The notes beneath the pieces were generated by a model that worked only from the letters and a program-made list of their open reading frames with translations, did no database searches and had not been told where the DNA came from. From positions 62,001 to 126,000 of the forward strand of contig NIVC01001993.1 of NCBI GenBank assembly GCA_002269645.1: a DNA stretch of 64,000 bases. Direction: 5' to 3'. Origin of the DNA: Macrostomum lignano. Lineage: Eukaryota. The stretch's first letter is position 1. The number at the start of each line of letters is the position of its first letter. Position numbers and translations under genes: made by a program. Positions 38,811 to 64,000 of the stretch are shown here, piece by piece.

Positions 38811-39405
38811 GCATCTATCACCACAAAAGCCACCAGAATTGGGCACCACAGAAGCAGATGCCCAGAATCTAGGATTAGCCATAAAAATCCTTCAAAAAAC
38901 AGGGCCAACAGAAGCCTGTCAATCATAATCCCGACCCCACTCGCACACCCAGCTGTGAGTCGCGCCGCGCACACCACACCAGCCAACTTTGCTGACAGCA
39001 GTGGCCCATGCAGCCGGTCGAAGGTCATCGGCAATCAGTGCTTTTCCTCCAACAGCCAACAGCTGCCTGCTTCCTCTGAAAATTTTTTCCTCTCTCAAAA
39101 AGTGTTTTTTTATTTCCTTTGATTTAAGAGCGAACTTCCTTACGTTTTTTAAAGATTTATTCCTAATGCCAAGCCAAACACAATATGAATAATTGATTTC
39201 ATACACCAAGGGCAAAGGTACATGATGTAAAGTGAAAATTGCGATGCAAAACTTCATTATTGCTGGTTTTCAGGAAACTTGTTCGCTTCTCTTGCACAAA
39301 GTTGACAATATTTTCTCATAATGGACTACCCGATTAGCAAATTTTATCAGTTACTTTGGCCTATCTGCTCCTTAATCGCTGCTCACTTTTATCTCTATAT
39401 ATATA

Positions 39406-40558
39406 CAGACTCAGGCTAATTAAGCTACAGACTCAGGCTAATTAAGCTACAGACTCAGGCTAAGCCACAGACTCAGGCTAAGCTACAGACTCAGGCTAAG
39501 CCCCAGACTCAGGCTAATTAAGCTACAGACTCAGGCTAAGCCACAGACTCAGGCTAAGCTACAGACTCAGGCTAAGCCCCAGACTCAGGCTAATTAAGCT
39601 ACAGACTCAGGCTAAGCTACAGACTCAGGCTAAGCCCCAGACTCAGGCTAATTAAGCCACAGACTCAGGCTAAGCTACAGACTCAGGCTAAGCTACAGAC
39701 TCAGGCTAATTAAGCTACAGACTCAGGCTAAGCTACAGACTCAGGCTAATTAAGCTACAGACTCAGGCTAATTAAGCTACAGACTCAGGCTAATTAAGCT
39801 ACAGACTCAGGCTAATTAAGCTACAGACTCAGGCTAATTAAGCTACAGACTCAGGCTAAGCCACAGACTCAGGCTAAGCTACAGACTCAGGCTAAGCCAC
39901 AGACTCAGGCTAAGCTACAGATTCAGACTAAGCCACAGATTCAGACTAAGCCACAGACTCTGGCTAATTAAGCTACAGACGCAGGCTAAGCTACAGACTC
40001 AGGCTAAGCCACAGACTCTGGCTAATTAAGCTACAGACTCAGGCTAAGCTACAGACTCAGGCTAAGCTACAGATTCAGACTAAGCCACAGATTCAGACTA
40101 AGCCACAGACTCAGGCTAAGCCACAGACTCAGGCTAAACTACAGACTCAGGCTAAGCTACAGACTCAGGCTAATTAAGCTACAGACTCAGGCTAAGCTAC
40201 AGACTCAGGCTAATTAAGCTACAGACTCAGGCTAAGCTATAGACTCAGGCTAAGCTACAGACTCAGGCTAAGCTACAGACTCAAGCTAAGCTACAGACTC
40301 AGGCTAAGCTACAGACTCAGGCTAATTAAGCTACAGACTCAGGCTAAGCTATAGACTCAGGCTAAGCTACAGACTCAGGCTAAGCTACAGACTCAGGCTA
40401 AGCTACAGACTCAGGCTAATTAAGCTACAGACTCAGGCTAAGCTACAGACTCAGGCTAAGCTACAGACTCAGGCTAAGCTACAGACTCAGGCTAAGCTAC
40501 AGACTCGGGCTAAGCCACAGACTCAGGCTAAGCCACAGACTCAGGCTAAGCCATAGAC
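39406..40558. repeat. 18/22-bp minisatellite
   Basis: CAGACTCAGGCTAAGCTA with an optional +4 nt (TAAT) variant. Confidence 0.95.
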
Positions 40559-41049
40559 AGACACATCGGACCGCCCTTCAGCTTGAGCAGTGAGCATATG
40601 AGTTGAATATTTGCCTTCAATAAAATCCTCTAGGCTTTGTCACCTCGTCTTCACTCAAGCCTTTTATTATCATTGATGAATATGCTTTGTTTTAAACAAG
40701 ATTATCTTGAGTGGATTTTCTGCTATCGACAAAAGATTTGCAGAAATTTTCCGTACTGCATTGTTCATACCTTTATCCTAGATTTTTACTTATCTATCCA
40801 TCTAGGATTATGATCAACACGTAATCTTTTGCAATAATAATTTTGTAAGCATGTCCGTGAAAAGTCAAGTCATCGTCATAGCAATGTAGCAGTGCATGAG
40901 CCACGTAAAGGCTCAATACGGGACACTGCTGCCTCCTGGTGCAGAAAAACATAAACTTTCGGCACTGATATGCTCTGTTTGTCCATCCATTTGTAACTGC
41001 TGAAGGCATCAAGCCTGATGAGTTGGTCTTTTTTATTTTTTATTGATTG

Positions 41050-42160
41050 ATTATAGTACGTGATTTATTAATTTGCGTATTGATTATAGTGAGTGATTTA
41101 TTGATTGGCTTGTGGATTATAGTGAGTGATTTATTGATTGGCTTGTGGATTATAGTGAGTGATTTATTGATTGGTTTGTGAATTATAGTGAGTGATTTAT
41201 TAATTTGCGTATTGATTATAGTTGAGTGATTTATTAATTTGTGTATTGATTATAGTGAGTGATTTATTAATTTGCGTATTGATTATAGTTGAGTGATTTA
41301 TTAATTTGTGTATTGATTATAGTGAGTGATTTATTAATTTGCGTATTGATTATAGTTGAGTGATTTATTAATTTGTGTATTGATTATAGTGAGTGATTTA
41401 TTAATTTGCGTATTGATTATAGTGAGTGATTTATTGATTGGTTTGTGGATTATAGTGAGTGATTTATTGATTGGTTTGTGGATTATAGTGAGTGATTTAA
41501 TGATTGGCTTGTGGATTATAGTGAGTGATTTAATGATTGGTTTGTGAATTATAGTGAGTGATTTATTGATTGGCTTGTGGATTATAGTGAGTGATTTATT
41601 GATTGGATTGTGGATTATAGTGAGTGATTTAATGATTAGTTTGTGGATTATAGTGAGTGATTTATTGATTGGTTTGTGGATTATAGTGAGTGATTTAATG
41701 ATTAGTTTGTGAATTATAGTGAGTGATTTAATGATTAGTTTGTGGATTATAGTGAGTGATTTATTGATTGGTTTGTGGATTATAGTGAGTGATTTATTGA
41801 TTGGCTTGTGGATTATAGTGAGTGATTTAATGATTAGTTTGTGGATTATAGTGAGTGATTTAATGATTAGTTTGTGGATTATAGTGAGTGATTTAATGAT
41901 TAGTTTGTGGATTATAGTGAGTGATTTATTGATTGGTTTGTGGATTATAGTGAGTGATTTATTGATTGGTTTGTGGATTATAGTGAGTGATTTATTGATT
42001 GGCTTGTGGATTATAGTGAGTGATTTATTGATTGGTTTGTGGATTATAGTGAGTGATTTATTGATTGGCTTGTGGATTATAGTGAGTGATTTACTGATTC
42101 TTTTGTGGATTATAGTGAGTGATTACTGATTCGTTTGTGGATTATAGTGAGTGATTTATT
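41050..42160. repeat. 33-bp minisatellite
   Basis: GATTATAGTGAGTGATTTATTGATTGGTTTGTG. Confidence 0.95.
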
Positions 42161-42794
42161 GATTTATTAATTTGCTTATGCGTCATAGATTTAAATTTTT
42201 TAATATAATTTAATTTTTCAATTTGTGTTTAAACAATAGCCTAAAAAGATTGAATTACTAACTAGATAATCTCGCAAGTGTTTCTGTTTCAAAATGTATA
42301 ATATTTATATTTAAAAAATCGTAATGTTTTTCATAATATTTATTTAAAGTACATATAAAATTTTATAATACCAAATACAAGGACCAAAGTAAAGTACACA
42401 GATTCTCGCATGTAGGTGAGAGCTAAGGTGACACTGGGAAATTTAAGTCCCGCGTCGGCCTCAGCATGAGCCTCGCAAAACCGAGGAGAGAAAGGATAGA
42501 TGAACAAAAGAGGTAAACTGCAATGAACAAAGGACTAGTAAAAAAATTGTTAATTGACTCGCAACCAATTTGGACTCAATGAAACTAAATCTGAGTAAAG
42601 TTAATCAATAAAGGATGCGATAAATAACTGCATATTTTACAGAATTGTGTACAAACAGCGGGCAGTTTAGTACATAGAGTGAATTAAGGACGCAGAACAG
42701 CATTCATTCACCATAATCGATTTCATATTTTTTATCAAGGACTGTTAGATATTGAAGACGGTGCAGATAGCGTCTCCATAATGAGAGGAGAGAT

Positions 42795-44125
42795 GGAGAC
42801 GTACAGGGAGATGCACAGGGAGATGCACAGGGGGATGCACAGGGAGATTCACACAGAGATGCACAGGGAGATTCACACAGAGATGCACAGGGAGATTCAC
42901 ACAGAGATGCACAGGGAGATTCACACAGAGATGCACAGGGAGATGCACAGGGAGATGCACAGGGAGATGCACAGGGAGATGCACAGGGAGATGCACAGGG
43001 AGATGCACAGGGAGATGCACAGGGAGATGCACAGGGAGATGCACAGGGAGATGCACAGGGAGATGCACAGGGAGATTCACAGGGAGATGCACAGGGAGAC
43101 GCACAGGGAGATGCACAGGGAGACGCACAGGGAGATGCACAGGGAGATGCACAGGGAGATGCACAGGGAGATGCACAGGGAGACGCACAGGGAGATGCAC
43201 AGGGAGATGCACAGGGAGATGCACAGGGAGACGCACAGGGAGATGCACAGGGAGATGCACAGGGAGACGCACAGGGAGATGCACAGGGAGATGCACAGGG
43301 AGACGCACAGGGAGATGCACAGGGAGACGCACAGAGAGATGCACAGGGAGATGCACAGGGAGACGCACAGGGAGATGCACAGGGAGACGCACAGGGAGAT
43401 GCACAGGGAGATGCACAGGGAGATGCACAGGGAGACGCACAGGGAGATGCACAGGGAGACGCACAGGGAGATGCACAGGGAGATGCACAGGGAGACGCAC
43501 AGGGAGATGCACAGGGAGACGCACAGGGAGATGCACAGGGAGATGCACAGGGAGATGCACAGGGAGACGCACAGGGAGATGCACAGGGAGACGCACAGGG
43601 AGATGCACAGGGAGACGCACAGGGAGATGCACAGGGAGATGCACAGGGAGACGCACAGGGAGATGCACAGGGAGACGCACAGGGAGATGCACAGGGAGAT
43701 GCACAGGGAGATGCACAGGGAGACGCACAGGGAGATGCACAGGGAGATGCACAGGGAGATGCACAGGGAGACGCACAGGAAGATGCACAGGGAGATGCAC
43801 AGGGAGATGCATAGGGAGATGCACAGGGAGATCCACAGGGAGATTCACACAGAGATGCACAGGGAGATGCACAGGGAGATGCACAGGGAGATGCACAGGG
43901 AGATGCACAGGGAGATGCACAGGGAGATGCACAGGGAGATTCACACAGAGATGCACAGGGAGATGCACAGGGAGATGCACAGGGAGATGCACAGGGAGAT
44001 GCACAGGGAGATGCACAGGGAGATGCACAGGGAGATGCACAGGGAGATGCACAGGGGGATGCACAGGGAGACGCACAGGGAGATGCACAGGGGGATGCAC
44101 AGGGAGACGCACAGGGAGATGGAGA
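42795..44125. repeat. 12-bp minisatellite, about 110 copies
   Basis: CACAGGGAGATG / CACAGGGAGACG. Confidence 0.97.
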
Positions 44126-44517
44126 CGCACAAAAATACAAAGGACTGCAGTTAGCAAGTTGCAGAGGTAGAGAAATGGGAGAGAGACAGGGAGATCGGAG
44201 AAAGAGAGTGAAAATCAGAGAGGGCAAATCAGTATTCCGGTCACATGCCAGACAAGACTGTGCACTTCTGTCTGCTCTGCCTGAGTAGTCAGCAGCATAG
44301 AATAGTGAGATTGAGATATAGGCCTATCTCAGTAGCAGCTATAGCAGCAGCAGGAGCAGTAATAAAATTTTGACAATAATAAAACTAAAACTCATATTCC
44401 TAATTATCTGCTTGCAAAATTCAATTAATATAAGCGAAAATATTTGAGATACATAAACTAGTTCTACATGAGAGAATTGCAGGCTGGGTGGCGTGCATGA
44501 AGAGGGAAAACACGACA

Positions 44518-44664
44518 GCAGTGCCTGTCAGAGTTAATGAGTGAATGCTTTCAGTTACAGCGCATTGACGAACAGTTGCTATGGCAACTGGAAAAATTGT
44601 TAAGAGAAAAACCATTGACTAGAGAAATACTCAGCTGCATTCAGAAGTTAATTAAATTTGTCTA
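44518..44664 (+). CDS. Possible terminal exon of an unidentified plus-strand gene convergent with NCKIPSD
   Basis: Open frame QCLSELMSECFQLQRIDEQLLWQLEKLLREKPLTREILSCIQKLIKFV* after CAG acceptor candidates. Upstream exons unresolved; coordinates approximate. Confidence 0.3.
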
Positions 44665-44914
44665 AAAATGACAAATATAACAAATCTTGAGTTATTAAAG
44701 TATAAGTAGTATATGAAGCATAGTTTCGCTGGTGAATAAAACAGAGCAAATAAGAAGGGAAGCAGTGGGTGGATATAAATACGAGCTATAAATTAAAAAG
44801 CTGATTAAAAATCGATTTCAAATGAGAAATGTTTCTATAAACTGATCTGCGATGCAAATATAAATGTTCCGGACCATTCAGTAACATTCAGCACAACTAT
44901 CTTTTTCCGTTCAT

Positions 44915-59382
<14,468 letters not shown>

Positions 59383-60080
59383 GATGTATTTTTATAATTT
59401 TATAATACAAACAGTATATTACGTGACATAAAGCTACTTAAGTATTTCCACTTAGCTTAATTTTTATATCAAATTTTTAAATTAAGCATCAATTCACTAG
59501 TCCTTCCGTCCGAAGATCTTTCTATTCGTTTGCAAATGTCATATTTTCTATTTTTTTGCGGGGCACAGTTTAATTCAAGCAAAATTGAAAATGATATTTA
59601 TTCTATTTTCGCATTCGTAGAGCTTTCTTGCTAAAGCTGAGTATTTTAGACATTGATTAAAATTTTCTGAGAAAAGTTGCTATTTGAAGCATTTAAGAAT
59701 TAAAAGTTTTGTTTTTCAACAAAAATGATTCTGCTTCTCTGTTATATTTGTTTAGTTATTTGGCACTTGCTATCCTAACGGCTTTTTGTCATCAAAATTA
59801 AGAAATATGATTAATCGTTGCCGTTGGGCTCAAAAGACGGTCTTTACTTCAGTAGACTTACGTAGGCTTTAACGTAACTATCGTGGTCCTTATTAAGTAT
59901 TTGTATAGAATAGTTTAGAAACTAAATGATTTAAATGATTTAAATGCACATTTGCAAACGCAATAAGAACGTCTAATGCCTCCTTTTGTACAGTAGCAAT
60001 TTATACATAATTTCCCAAGCGGTAATACTTATACTATTACATGTAAAGGCGTGACTTACGTGTATTTAGCTACCCGATAG

Positions 60081-60255
60081 CAGGGCCGGCGTCACCATGG
60101 ATTTCATGGTGTGGGGGACAAAGCCAAGAATTCTAAGAGCTTACATGTCATGAATAAATTCCTACAAGTACAATATTTTGAGAATTTGTGTTGTTAACCA
60201 ATCATTTTGGCGCCGCAGGCACTCATTTTGGCATTATCTTGGCGCCCTGAAGCAA
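60081..60255 (+). mobile_element. Possible hAT-type MITE end fragment
   Basis: Begins CAGGGCCGGC with downstream TTTTGGCGCC(G/C) motifs; no matching second end found. Confidence 0.25.
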
Positions 60256-60895
60256 AACTATTGATTTCCACAATGGGGTCACAGGTGCGGTGGGAGGACC
60301 AGGCGTTGTTGGCAGCTTTTACTAGGGGGGGCTAAGTCTTTTTAGCAAAACTCACACACTAGCGCGTCTTGTGTTCAAGTTTTTTGGAGCTGCAGCCAGC
60401 AACCACATTACGAGTAGATTAAAACTAGAAATAATTAAATCTAAGCGATTGTAGTTTTTATGACCCTGCCCATGCGTTATCTGACCACAAAAGGCCTTAT
60501 TTAATTTATTAGTCTTTCCGTTTACTTGTTAGTTTTTTCAATCTTACAGTGATTTTTACTCCGTGTTACACGTACATGTTACAAAGATTTACTATATTCT
60601 ACATGCATTATCATGTTTATTGTTATTTTAGGGTTGTATTTCTAAATACCTATATAGTAATTTTATACCTCTCTCGTCTGCTCTTTGGCACTTTCCCCAT
60701 TTAAATGATTGGGTCAGTTTCCTGGAATTATAGCTTTGCCTCCCAATATAGGTCTAGCTATTCGCGTAAAAGCTAGTAAACAAAATAACTAAAGCAAAAG
60801 TAAAAATATGATATTTCCACGTTTCCTCAATTTACTTTATAGAATTTCAGGCAGGTTTTCGACTCGTATAATAGTCAGTTACCTTACACTCGTAC

Positions 60896-62965
<2,070 letters not shown>

Positions 62966-63044
62966 TTAGCTTGCTGCTTTTGCTAACTTAACAGTTGGCT
63001 CACTGACTCTTGCAGTCTGCTGGGCACCCCGCCTGCTTCAGCTT

Positions 63045-64000
63045 TTCTAGGGTGAGATTCGGATATGGAAGCTATTCTAGGGTGAGATTCGGATATGGAA
63101 GCGATTCTAGGGTGAGATTCAGAAATGGAAGCGATTCTAGGGTGAGATTCGGATATGGAAGCTATTCTAGGGTGAGATTCGGATATGGAAGCGATTCTAG
63201 GGTGAGATTCGGATATGGAAGCGATTCTAGGGTGAGACTCCGTTATGGAAGCGATTCTAGGGTGAGATTTGGATATGGAAACTCCAAATCTATCCAAATA
63301 GGGTGAGAATTGGATATGGAAGCGATTCTAGGGTGAGAATCGGATATGGAAGCGATTCTAGGGTGAGAATCGAATATGGAAGCGATTCTAGGGTGAGATT
63401 AGGATATGGAAGCGATTCTAGGGTGAGATTCGGATATGGAAGCTATTCTAGGGTGAGATTCGGATATGGAAGCTATTCTAGGGTGAGATTCGGATATGGA
63501 AGCTATTCTAGGGTGAGACTCCGTTATGGAAGCGATTCTAGGGTGAGATTTGGATATGGAAGCGATTCTAGGGTGAGAATTGGATATGGAAGCGATTCTA
63601 GGGTGAGATTTGGATATGGAAGCTATTCTAGGGTGAGATTCGGATATGGAAGCTATTCTAGGGTGAGATTCGGATATGGAAGCGATTCTAGGGTGAGATT
63701 CGGATATGGAAGCGATTCTAGGGTGAGACTCCGTTATGGAAGCGATTCTAGGGTGAGATTTGGATATGGAAACTCCAAATCTATCCAAATAGGGTGAGAA
63801 TTGGATATGGAAGCGATTCTAGGGTGAGAATCGGATATGGAAGCGATTCTAGGGTGAGAATCGGATATGGAAGCGATTCTAGGGTGAGATTAGGATATGG
63901 AAGCGATTCTAGGGTGAGATTCGGATATGGAAGCTATTCTAGGGTGAGATTCGGATATGGAAGCGATTCTAGGGTGAGATTCGGATATGGAAGCGATTCT
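63045..64000. repeat. 30-bp minisatellite with a 491-bp higher-order repeat, running off the window
   Basis: GATTCTAGGGTGAGATTCGGATATGGAAGC; the interruption ACTCCAAATCTATCCAAATA recurs at 63281 and 63772. Confidence 0.95.

Noticed and set aside
42704-44227. (CASP)n, (HLPV)n and (HREM)n ORFs of 457-507 aa
   Set aside because: The 12-bp unit lacks stops in several frames on both strands; no independent evidence of coding.
62983-63797. SRVRFGYGSD and SHPRIASISE repeat proteins
   Set aside because: 30-bp satellite frames.

Overview
Eukaryotic (metazoan) genomic DNA. GC3-rich exons, short AT-rich introns and very high minisatellite density suggest the flatworm Macrostomum (my inference, not checked). 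Most entries in the ORF track are antisense shadows or stop-free frames of tandem repeats, so I rebuilt genes by hand from splice sites. Contents: (1) a minus-strand gene for a giant secreted Arg/Lys-rich protein (signal-peptide exon 4958-4868, then a >4.4 kb exon running off the left edge) with 5 frameshifts and 2 in-frame stops; it resembles the KR regions of Macrostomum adhesive protein ap1. (2) A small two-exon 97-aa Cys-containing gene head-to-head with it. (3) An 8-exon pyridoxal kinase gene (15406-18985). (4) A 7.7-kb near-perfect DNA palindrome (22492-30193, 100-bp spacer); each arm carries a 5S rRNA gene upstream of an intronless, HSE-driven hsp70, and the unit is flanked by inverted arrays of one 22-bp satellite (about 14.6 kb of inverted symmetry in total). 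(5) A 3-exon, three-Ig-domain type I membrane protein (34800-37638). (6) A 7-exon NCKIPSD/SPIN90 ortholog (59382-44915, minus). (7) A TTAA-flanked foldback-like element and about 25 unrelated tandem arrays covering roughly 40% of the window. The strongest candidates for something new are the satellite-bracketed 5S/hsp70 palindrome and the secreted polycationic protein with its run of -1 frameshifts at A-tracts.
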